Shown piece by piece: positions 51,372 through 59,926 of a stretch of DNA of 64,000 nucleotides. The stretch's first letter is position 1, and every line of letters starts with the position of its first letter. The notes below the pieces were generated by a model. It was not told the DNA's origin, made no database searches, and was given only the letters and a program-made list of their open reading frames with translations. This stretch comes from Gammaproteobacteria bacterium. Lineage in GTDB: Bacteria > Pseudomonadota > Gammaproteobacteria > JBCCGL01. Location: contig OZ255836.1 of NCBI GenBank assembly GCA_965277715.1, positions 2,784,001 to 2,848,000 of the forward strand, in the 5' to 3' direction. The position numbers were made by a program, and so were the translations under genes.

Positions 51372-52004
51372 ATGCCTTTCAATAACCGCCAAGCGCCGGT
51401 TTATCGCCATAGGCAAACCGGCTTCACGTTGTTAGAGCTGTTGGTGGCCTCGGCTATTTTTGCGGTGGTCAGCGCGATCAGTTACACCGGCTGGTCTGAT
51501 ATACAGCGAATCACCAGCGGCACCCAGGCACAGGCGCAGCGCCTGGATGAATTGCAACGCGCCTGGTACTGGATCGCGGAGGACTTTGAACAGGCCGTCG
51601 ACCGCCCGGTGCGTGAACAACTCGGCAGTGCACTGGATGCTTTTGTTTTCAGTGAGGTGGGTGATTTTCAGCTTGAATTCAGCCGGGGTGGCTGGAGTAA
51701 CCCCGCCGCCGATATTCTGCCCGGTCGCAGCAGCCTGCAACGGGTTGCCTACAGCGTCGAGGAAAAGAAACTCTACCGGCACCATTGGTATCACCTGGAC
51801 CGCTTCGATACCGAGTCAAAAAAACGCCGCTTATTACTCTCCGGGGTAGAGTCGTTTTCGCTGCGGTTTATGGACGATGACAATGCCTGGCGCGACAGTT
51901 GGCCCGTGCAGGCTGAAGACTCCGCACCCCTGCCCAAAGCGGTGGAATTCAAAATTGAACTGGCGGGAATGGGTGAAATCATACGCCTGTTTGTTGTGCC
52001 GTGA
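51372..52004 (+). CDS. gspJ: T2SS minor pseudopilin J
   Basis: GFTLLELLVA, RGGWSNP, LQRVAY, LPKAVE. Confidence 0.9.
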   Translation: MPFNNRQAPVYRHRQTGFTLLELLVASAIFAVVSAISYTGWSDIQRITSGTQAQAQRLDELQRAWYWIAEDFEQAVDRPVREQLGSALDAFVFSEVGDFQLEFSRGGWSNPAADILPGRSSLQRVAYSVEEKKLYRHHWYHLDRFDTESKKRRLLLSGVESFSLRFMDDDNAWRDSWPVQAEDSAPLPKAVEFKIELAGMGEIIRLFVVP

Positions 52005-53116
52005 CGCCTGTGTTTAGCCACCGCGCCGCCTCTGCCGCCGCTCAGCGTGGTGTCGCTATTATCACCACCATGTTAATGGTCACCCTGGCCACCATTGCCG
52101 TCACGGCGATGGTAACCCAGCAGCGGCTGGATATTTACCGCACGGGCAACCGCCTGGCCAATGTGCAGCTAAAAACCCTGGCGCTGGCGGGCGAGCGTTT
52201 CGCGGTGCAACAACTGCACCTCGACCACCGTAACGCCGAGCGCGGTGACAGCGACTCATTTGAAGACGACTGGGCGACACCCACGCCACCGTACCCGATT
52301 GAAGGGGCGACGATCAGTGGCTGCGTTGTCGATATGCAGGGGCGTTTCAACCTGAATAACCTGGTCGGTGGCGATGGGCAGCTTAATACCGAGCAACGCG
52401 ATGTGTTTGCACGGTTATTGCAAGCCCTGGATATCGACCCGGTCAAGGCGGCGGCCGTCGTGGACTGGCTCGATGCCGATGCCAATATTATCAATGCAGA
52501 CGGCGGTGAGGACGATTACTACACACAACTGGCGCCACCCTACCTGACGGCCAACCGGCACTTTGCCAGCCTGAGCGAACTGAAACTGGTCAAAGGTTTC
52601 AATCTACCCGATGACAGCGAGGACTATGAAACGTTACTGCCGCATATCAGCGTATTGCCGGTGCCGACCCGGATCAATGTCAACACCGCCACCCCAGCGG
52701 TACTGCAATCACTGGCTGGCTTTGTCGATGCGGCAAAAGCGGACGAATTATCCCACTGGGCAGATGAAAGCTGGTCGGGTTACCCCAAGTGTGCACCGTT
52801 TGACTCGGGCGCAGATGAAACCCTGGGTGTGGCCCAGAATACAAGCGAAAATACAGCGAACGATGATGGTTTTTACGAAACACTCGATGCATTTATCGCC
52901 GAAATCAATAGCGAACGCACCAACCCCGACGATGTGAAGTTTGAAAATGAAGACCTGATTGCCGTGCAAAGCGACTACTTTGAAGTGAATGTGGCCGTGG
53001 AGCTTGACGATATCGACCTCTCACAACGGAGCTTATTGCAACGCGATGAAAACGGTATTGTCACTGTATTGCTGCGTGTACGCGGCGATAACCTGCTACA
53101 GATCAGCGGCAAATGA
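52001..53116 (+). CDS. gspK: T2SS minor pseudopilin K
   Basis: QRGVAII, DMQGRFNLNNL, DWLDAD, INVNTA. Confidence 0.92.
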   Translation: MTPVFSHRAASAAAQRGVAIITTMLMVTLATIAVTAMVTQQRLDIYRTGNRLANVQLKTLALAGERFAVQQLHLDHRNAERGDSDSFEDDWATPTPPYPIEGATISGCVVDMQGRFNLNNLVGGDGQLNTEQRDVFARLLQALDIDPVKAAAVVDWLDADANIINADGGEDDYYTQLAPPYLTANRHFASLSELKLVKGFNLPDDSEDYETLLPHISVLPVPTRINVNTATPAVLQSLAGFVDAAKADELSHWADESWSGYPKCAPFDSGADETLGVAQNTSENTANDDGFYETLDAFIAEINSERTNPDDVKFENEDLIAVQSDYFEVNVAVELDDIDLSQRSLLQRDENGIVTVLLRVRGDNLLQISGK

Positions 53117-53277
53117 AGCATTGGGAATCAAGCACTGGAGAGGCATTTTATCTATAATTCTGACAACTTCAGTGGGTGTAAGCCCCTGCCTGAACCTAAA
53201 AGCTGCCACCGTGGCTTTTAGATTAAACCCCTTATGCCGATCCGCTTGGCCGCATAGCGACGACAACGAGAACAACT

Positions 53278-54480
53278 TTGGCTGAATCACTGCTAATTCA
53301 CATCCCCCACACCGGTTTCGACTGGGCCGAATGGGCTGTGCTGGATGAACGCGGCAATATCCTGGGTGACATTATGCGCACCAACCTGAGCGAGGCGGCC
53401 ACGCGGGCGGGCGGGCGCCGGGTGACGGTGATCGCATCGGCGGATGATGTCCTGCTGGCGGAGGTGGATACGCCAGCGGCTAATGCGGCGCAGGCAAAAA
53501 AGGCGATTCCCTTTGCGTTTGAAGACAGCCTGGCAGAAGACGTCGACGACCTTCATTTTGCCTTTGGCAAACCGACCCAGGACAAACAGTACCCGACCGC
53601 CATCATCAGCCGCCAGCAAATGGACACCCTGAAAGGCCAATGTGATGCCGCTGGCCTGCACCTGTGGTCGATTGTGCCGGAACAGCTCAGTATCCCGATA
53701 CACAATGTCGAACAACCGCGCTGGTGCGGTGTACTTGCCAGCGGGCGCGCTGTACTGCGCCAGCGTGAAGCAGTCGGCTTTGTGGTCGATGCAGACAATT
53801 TTTCGCAACTGCTGGCAAGCGCATTGCGTGAGGCCGGAGACACCGCCCCCACACAACTCACCCTGTATAAGGTGACCAACACCCCAGAGCCGACACTGGA
53901 TATCGATGTTACCTATATTGATTGCAGTAGCCCGCTGGCGGTATTTGCACATGGCTTTAACACCGCCCCCATCAATTTGCTGCAAGGTGACTACAGCCAC
54001 CGCCAGCAGCTCGGTAAGTTGCTGAGGCCGTGGAAAATGAGTGCGGTGTTACTGGTCCTGCTGCTGTGTATCTGGGGGGGGGTATCCTGGGCCACCTACT
54101 GGCGGCTCGGCCAACAGGAAATCGCGCTCAACCAGCAGATCGAATCGGTGCTCAAGCAAGCCTTTCCGCAAATGAAAAATACCGCAGACCCGGCCAAGCG
54201 TATGCGTTTAAAGCTCAAGGAACTCGGCAGCGGCGGCGACGGTTTTATCATCCTGCTGGGTGAGGTGTCCAGGGCGATTGCGGCGGATAACGACATGGCA
54301 TTGCGCAGTATCGGCTACCGTGACGCACGCATCGACATCGACCTGGAAGCGGCGCGGCTGGAGTCGCTCGATGCGATGAAAAAACGCATTGAGGCCAGTG
54401 GCCGCCTGAGCGCTGCCATCCAGTCGGCTAACAAAGAAAACAACCGGGTGCGTGGTCGCCTGCGCATCCAGAGTCGGTAA
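53278..54480 (+). CDS. gspL: T2SS protein L
   Basis: AIPFAFEDSLAEDVDDLHFA, INLLQG, single TM. Confidence 0.9.
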   Translation: MAESLLIHIPHTGFDWAEWAVLDERGNILGDIMRTNLSEAATRAGGRRVTVIASADDVLLAEVDTPAANAAQAKKAIPFAFEDSLAEDVDDLHFAFGKPTQDKQYPTAIISRQQMDTLKGQCDAAGLHLWSIVPEQLSIPIHNVEQPRWCGVLASGRAVLRQREAVGFVVDADNFSQLLASALREAGDTAPTQLTLYKVTNTPEPTLDIDVTYIDCSSPLAVFAHGFNTAPINLLQGDYSHRQQLGKLLRPWKMSAVLLVLLLCIWGGVSWATYWRLGQQEIALNQQIESVLKQAFPQMKNTADPAKRMRLKLKELGSGGDGFIILLGEVSRAIAADNDMALRSIGYRDARIDIDLEAARLESLDAMKKRIEASGRLSAAIQSANKENNRVRGRLRIQSR

Positions 54481-54486
54481 CGCACA

Positions 54487-54993
54487 ATGAAACAGTGGTA
54501 TCTACAACAAACCCCGCGAGATCAACGCATCGTCATCGCCCTGGCGGTGTTGGTGCTGCTGGCAATGATCTACGTACTGCTCATCCACCCGTTAAAAACC
54601 GGGCTGGAGAGCCGCCGTGTCAGCGTTGCCGCAAAACAGGAAACCCTGGTATGGATGCAGCAGAGTGCCGCTCAGGTACAGCGATTGCGCGGCAGTGTTG
54701 GCGGCACTGGCAAGCCCAGCAACAAAGCGGCCTACGTGCTGCTTGATGAAGCCATTCGCAACGCCGGGCTAGCCCAGGCCGCCGAGCGCGTAGAGCCTGC
54801 GGGTAAAGACAAAAAAGGGGCGCGTGCGCAGTTCTCGCAAGTCGACTTTGACAAACTGGTGCGCACCCTCAGTACCTTGCAGGCACAGCATGGGCTGAGC
54901 GTTGTCAGCGTTAACATCGGGGGTTCAGGGGGTAATGGCCAGGGGGGTAATGGCTTAGTCAGCGCACGGGTAACACTGGAATACGAACAATGA
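54487..54993 (+). CDS. gspM: T2SS protein M
   Basis: W..QTPRDQR then TM; operon order. Confidence 0.88.
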   Translation: MKQWYLQQTPRDQRIVIALAVLVLLAMIYVLLIHPLKTGLESRRVSVAAKQETLVWMQQSAAQVQRLRGSVGGTGKPSNKAAYVLLDEAIRNAGLAQAAERVEPAGKDKKGARAQFSQVDFDKLVRTLSTLQAQHGLSVVSVNIGGSGGNGQGGNGLVSARVTLEYEQ

Positions 54994-55742
54994 AAGTGCG
55001 CTCGGTTATCGCGCTGATAGTGTCGGCGTATTTGTTGACGCTTGTTATCCGTTTTCCCGCCGACTGGGGGTTCGCCCGTGTGGATACCGCGCCAGTGGTG
55101 GTAGACAACCCCAGTGGCACCGTATGGCATGGCAATGCGGCGCGCATCAGGCTCGGGGTCAATCAACTGGAGGCGGTCAACTGGATATTTAATCCGCTGG
55201 CGTTGACCCAGGCCAGAGTGGGGGCCGATATCACCTTTGGTGCGCTGGGTGGCCACGGCCTGGCGACACTGGCGGTGGCCGTCGGCGGGGATATATACAT
55301 CACCCAGGGTGACTGGCAGATTGAAGCTCAGACACTGGCAAAGCAACTGCCCGGTGAGCTGGTTCAGCTCGGTGGGCGTATCCAGTTATTGGTTGAAGAG
55401 GCGCATTTTGCCGGGCAGCAACCGCAGTCGCTGCTGGGCGAACTGATTTGGCACAACGCCGCGTTAAAATCGCCGGTTCAAGCCGAGCTTGGCGTTGTCA
55501 CCGTGACAATAAGCCCCGATGGCGGCGGGCACGCTGTACAACTGAACAATACCGGTGGGGTGGTGCGTATCTCCGGCAAAATTAATATCGATACGCTCGG
55601 TGGCTACCGGGCCGATATAAAGCTGAAACCGCTGGCTAACGCCCCGGCGGATCTGGATGGCACGCTGGGGTTGCTGGGCCGCAAGGGCAGTGATGGCAGT
55701 TATAGCCTGCGGCAGAATGGCCGGTTACGGGATTTGTTTTAA
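54990..55742 (+). CDS. gspN: T2SS protein N
   Basis: FPA, SGTVWHG; operon order. Confidence 0.88.
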   Translation: MKVRSVIALIVSAYLLTLVIRFPADWGFARVDTAPVVVDNPSGTVWHGNAARIRLGVNQLEAVNWIFNPLALTQARVGADITFGALGGHGLATLAVAVGGDIYITQGDWQIEAQTLAKQLPGELVQLGGRIQLLVEEAHFAGQQPQSLLGELIWHNAALKSPVQAELGVVTVTISPDGGGHAVQLNNTGGVVRISGKINIDTLGGYRADIKLKPLANAPADLDGTLGLLGRKGSDGSYSLRQNGRLRDLF

Positions 55743-56164
55743 TATAACTATTGGTTGTATTTTGTAACTTTTCAGTTAACTTCCTCTGCTGTAAAAACCT
55801 GCTGTTATACCTCAAATAAAAAATCAGTTATAAAAGTACGTCAGATTTGACGTATATATTTCCGCCTGTTTTGAGTGCTGGGCAGCGCTTGGCGCCAATG
55901 ATGATGGGTTGGCCATTCCCTTGCGTATTTATTCGGTGGGGATTGATTTGCTGATCAAGCAGGATGCCCGTGTATTGCTCGATTTGCTTGAGTCTGAGCG
56001 GGTTATTCTTAAGCAGGTGTTGGGGTTGTCTACTTAAATAAGTTAATGTCGATAGCCCTTGGTTATCTTGTGTAGGAATTAGTTTAAGGTTAGGGGTGTT
56101 ATGAGGTTTCTCTCGTGATGCCTGGGTGTTTTTCTTTGCTCTTCACAGGCGAAACGGACGCATT

Positions 56165-56330
56165 CCCAAATTCCTCAGTTGAATCTACTGCGAGCACCTA
56201 ATGCACAGAATCTAAAGCGCTTTTACCCGCATTTCAGCTTCACCTGTAGAATGACGACAGGATGGCTAAAATGCGGGTAAAAACACTTCATCTTCAGCAC
56301 CTTAGACGCCCTCGCTACGATTCAACTGAT
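56165..56330. repeat. About 165-bp imperfect palindrome, MITE/REPIN-like
   Basis: TCAGTTGAATC/GATTCAACTGA outer arms and TTTTACCCGCATTT/AAATGCGGGTAAAA inner arms. Confidence 0.65.
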
Positions 56331-56694
56331 GTACCCGCAACGATTACCTTGACGAAACAACATACTACGGAGTAGTTCTTCGTCAGATAATTTGCATTAT
56401 CGTCAAGTAAAAAATATGGTAAACATGACATAAACAACAACTGGCAATCGCAACAATATTAGATTTCTAAAACACCTTTTGCATTTTTTATATATGCACA
56501 GATAACCTTGACTGTACAAACGATTATAGAATTTTTGAGTGTCGGCGAAGTGAAATACTAAGCCAATACCCTTCATTAGATGCCAGTGATATAGATGAAA
56601 TGGTAGCCCTAATGTCCACTTCCCCTAAGCTGATACAGTGATAATTAGGGTTTTCTGAGATAATTTCTGAAAGCAGCCCCATAGCCTTGATAAC

Positions 56695-56712
56695 GATACT
56701 ATATTTAGTATC
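56695..56712. promoter_or_regulatory. Probable HicB operator palindrome
   Basis: GATACTA-tatt-TAGTATC ending 8 bp before hicA. Confidence 0.55.
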
Positions 56713-56720
56713 ATCAAAGC

Positions 56721-56954
56721 ATGAGCAAAGCTGAGAAGCTGTTACAGCAAATGAAGTCTAATCCCAAAGCTGATTGGACGCCTGACAATATAAAGACTTT
56801 AAGCAAAGCCTACAGCCTCACTATGCGCCAACGTGGCACCAGCCATGCGGTACTAACCAACAGCAAAGGTGAACACCTGACGGTGCCCATGCATAAACCC
56901 ATCAAGCCCTTGTATATCAAACGATTGGTTGAACTCATTGAGGCAGTACAATGA
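56721..56954 (+). CDS. hicA: HicA-family mRNA interferase
   Basis: RGTSHAV, LTVPMHKPIKPLYIK. Confidence 0.88.
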   Translation: MSKAEKLLQQMKSNPKADWTPDNIKTLSKAYSLTMRQRGTSHAVLTNSKGEHLTVPMHKPIKPLYIKRLVELIEAVQ

Positions 56955-57286
56955 AATTTGAAGATTATTCCATCAACGTATCCCCTATTCCGGCTGATGA
57001 GGGCGGCGGCTATATGGTCTCTTTTCCCGACTTGCCAGGTTGCATTGCCGATGGCAATACCGTCGATGAAGCGCTCGTTGAGGCGCACGATGCCTTCAAT
57101 GCCTGGGTTATGGCGGAGCAAGCAGATAAAGGCAAACTTCCTGCACCCAAGACTTATAGTGGGCAGTTTATACAGCGCATTCCGAAAACCCTGCATCGAC
57201 AATTGGCTAAACGTGCTGAAAGCGAAGGTGTGAGTTTGAATCAGTTGACAACGACACTTCTGGCTCAGGGTGTCGTCAGGCATTGA
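56951..57286 (+). CDS. hicB: HicB-family antitoxin with RHH
   Basis: FPDLPGCIADGNT, YSGQFIQRIPKTLH, EGVSLNQ. Confidence 0.92.
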   Translation: MKFEDYSINVSPIPADEGGGYMVSFPDLPGCIADGNTVDEALVEAHDAFNAWVMAEQADKGKLPAPKTYSGQFIQRIPKTLHRQLAKRAESEGVSLNQLTTTLLAQGVVRH

Positions 57287-57418
57287 TACGTTACGGCGTA
57301 GATACTGTGGCGCTTCAAGAGCGGTTGATTTTTAGTCTTCAATAAGCTCAGTTACACAGTTTGCGTTGCAGTTTCTTCTTATGCGAATTCTACTATATGT
57401 TTACATCTTTCTAAATAA

Positions 57419-58736
57419 GGTTCTTCCCCGATTATTGTGAAGCCACCGGTTCCCTATCAAGCTTTCCGCAGTAAAACAAAATACTCCGCCGGTAACTTTC
57501 AAACGAACGAAATCCTCTTGCATTCGATTTGACTGTCTGAATTTTTGAATTCAAACCCTCTGACACGGCATTACTTATTGTGTGCTTAAACCATGTCAAT
57601 ATGTTCGGCATGTGCGTTTTTATCATCTTGGCCACTTTTTTTATGCTGTCCAATCGGCACCGAATTGCCCATGAATACCACTCGTCAAAGAAACGCTTTG
57701 CCCAACCCGCTGTCTTATACGTCCAAAAATCACGAAACAGTTCTTTTATCGCCCAGGCTCGGGCTGTCAATAACTGATCATGCTTGAGTGACTCAAAGTG
57801 CTCGGCTGCTTTGTCAGACAAATTTTCTTCGTTTTTTAACCAGTGATAACGACTCTTTTTCAACCGGGTATCGCCCTGTGACAAAAGGTCTCTATGTTTA
57901 TCACGACGGACCTGATCCACCGCCTTATTCAGGTGTTGGCTAATATGAAAACGGTCGTGAACAATCGCACTGTCTGACAGTTTTACCTCAACGGCATTAA
58001 TGAACGCAGGCCACCTATCAATAGCGACAGCTTTCACCTGTTCTCGCTGGTTATCCGTCAGCGCAACCTCCAACGCCTCCTCACAAGCTGCCTGGGTGTG
58101 ATCTTTCACTCCATCCAATACTCGCCCTCCATCGATATCATTGATGAGCGTCACATAGTCATGCCCTTTACGGTGGGACTTCTCATCAATACCCAGGTAC
58201 TCAATTGTCACCAATTCCCGACGCGAAAGTCCCCGCTCGACAGCGCGGGCTTTGATGGCTTCCACTGCGTTCCAGCTAAGTCCCAGTAACTTACGCGCCT
58301 CTTCGACGCTACGTGAGGCTTGCAACACCCTGATGGAAAATAATTCAAACAACAACGTAAAACGACTGCGCTTGCTTGCCCAGGGTAACACCATACTTTT
58401 AACACCATGCTCCAGACAATTTACTCGGGGAATGCGACTGTGTAGACGCGTTTCAAACTGCATAGTATCCAGGTGTCTCCAGGATCGCTCTTGTGAACGG
58501 TGATCATAGAACGGACTCACTTCGCCACAGTGCGAACAAGGGCCGTGGTTGCCGCTAAATGCCAACGAAATGGATACTTTTAACCCTGAAGGGTCTAAAT
58601 CAACTGATGTCACTGACCAATCATCTGTCAGACCCAGGAGCTGGCTGTAGTGTTCTTCAAGGCTCGATAGCACCGGAGTCTCTCAATAGCAAAGGAGGAT
58701 GAAATACTATAACCTCACACAAACTGGGGAAGAACC
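57419..58736 (-). mobile_element. ISL3-family insertion sequence
   Basis: TIR GGTTCTTCCCC / GGGGAAGAACC; no matching flanking direct repeat. Confidence 0.9.
57432..58673 (-). CDS. ISL3 transposase
   Basis: CSHC...C..HGV zinc finger, GIDE, DRFH, SEGLNSKIQ. Confidence 0.93.
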   Translation of the reverse strand: MLSSLEEHYSQLLGLTDDWSVTSVDLDPSGLKVSISLAFSGNHGPCSHCGEVSPFYDHRSQERSWRHLDTMQFETRLHSRIPRVNCLEHGVKSMVLPWASKRSRFTLLFELFSIRVLQASRSVEEARKLLGLSWNAVEAIKARAVERGLSRRELVTIEYLGIDEKSHRKGHDYVTLINDIDGGRVLDGVKDHTQAACEEALEVALTDNQREQVKAVAIDRWPAFINAVEVKLSDSAIVHDRFHISQHLNKAVDQVRRDKHRDLLSQGDTRLKKSRYHWLKNEENLSDKAAEHFESLKHDQLLTARAWAIKELFRDFWTYKTAGWAKRFFDEWYSWAIRCRLDSIKKVAKMIKTHMPNILTWFKHTISNAVSEGLNSKIQTVKSNARGFRSFESYRRSILFYCGKLDREPVASQ

Positions 58737-59322
58737 GAAAAAGAAGAATATTCCGTTTTCTATCCGTATTCCTAACAATACTCAGGTCAGGACAAAAAAA
58801 GGCAAAAAAGTGAAGGCATCAGCGCTATTTTTGCTGGGTGTAGCACAAACCTGTGCATTGACAGACGCTCGATCTGTTTGGGGAGAGAGCGTCTATTTAC
58901 CGTGTTTTCGTTCTCGTCAGGAACATGTGATTATTGCGAGCGATAGGTGCGCCCATAATGCATTAGTTGAGTATCAGCAGCGCTGGCAAATAGAGCGTTT
59001 ATTCCAGGCATTAAAAGGTCGAGGGTTCGATATGGAAAAGACACATTTAACGAAACCTGATAGGGTTGAAAAACTACTGGTATTGGTGAGTTTAACATTT
59101 TGTTGGTGTTATCAGATTGGTTATGAACAGCAAAAAACCACACCCATCAAAAAGAAAAATCATGGCCGCCCCAGTAAAAGTGTTTTTCGGTTAGGATTGG
59201 AAACGGTTTCCCGGGTTGTGTTGAACATAGGGGAACAACAGTTGCAGTGGCAAATGCTGCTTCAAGCTTTTAGACAATTAAAAACCGACCTCTTATTGTT
59301 ATAATAATTGTCCTGTACAGAG
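58737..59322 (+). mobile_element. IS4-family (IS10-like) 3' half with right TIR
   Basis: YQQRWQIERLFQALKGRGFDMEKTH, KKNHGRPSKSVFRLGL; ends TTGTCCTGTACAGAG. Confidence 0.8.
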
Positions 59323-59464
59323 GTCTGTAAGTTACTAACTGAAGAGCGGGGTTCGCTTCAAAAAAGTTGTTGCATAATTGGTGTCATCAGTGGTTAAATC
59401 ACTCACAGTTTCACGAGGCTTTTAAGTAAGCGCGTGACACCTGAGCTTAATCAAGGATACAAAA

Positions 59465-59914
59465 ATGGTTATTAAAAAGGTGGTAACACTTGTTTTTGGT
59501 CTAGCAGTCGCTGGGCTTATATGGGTTGTGGGTATGACCGTTATCCCGTCCGATAGTACGGAAATTGCATCGGTTACAGACGCCTATGTAAATGACGTAG
59601 AAAACCCCCCTCCTACCACTGCAATAATGCCTAGTGGTGCTGACGAACCAATCGATCACGAACAATCCCCGTCAGCAAAAAAACTACAAGCACTCCTCAA
59701 TACACAAACATCACTCCCCACCGAAATTGAGCAAACAGAGGCAACAATTGCTCAGCTTGATCAAACACTGCGTAAATTTGATCAACAGTTACAAAGCCAG
59801 GGTATTAATCCATCGGATCAAAATATAACTGAACCAACAGAGGAAACTCCATCGTCAACGGTGCAGCGCCTGCAAGCTATCCGCGACCATATCAATAAAA
59901 CCCCTGTGGAATAA
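59465..59914 (+). CDS. Membrane-anchored coiled-coil hypothetical protein co-transcribed with the YD-repeat gene
   Basis: RBS AAGGA, N-terminal TM, 12 bp from the next ATG. Confidence 0.7.
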   Translation: MVIKKVVTLVFGLAVAGLIWVVGMTVIPSDSTEIASVTDAYVNDVENPPPTTAIMPSGADEPIDHEQSPSAKKLQALLNTQTSLPTEIEQTEATIAQLDQTLRKFDQQLQSQGINPSDQNITEPTEETPSSTVQRLQAIRDHINKTPVE

Positions 59915-59926
59915 GGAGAGAACCTA

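Noticed and set aside
55837-55854. Palindrome TACGTCA-gatt-TGACGTA after gspN
   Set aside because: Single occurrence with no assignable regulator or downstream gene
58699-58736. Start of the 201-aa ORF 58699-59304
   Set aside because: First codons come from the ISL3 end; the ORF is a chimeric transposase fragment
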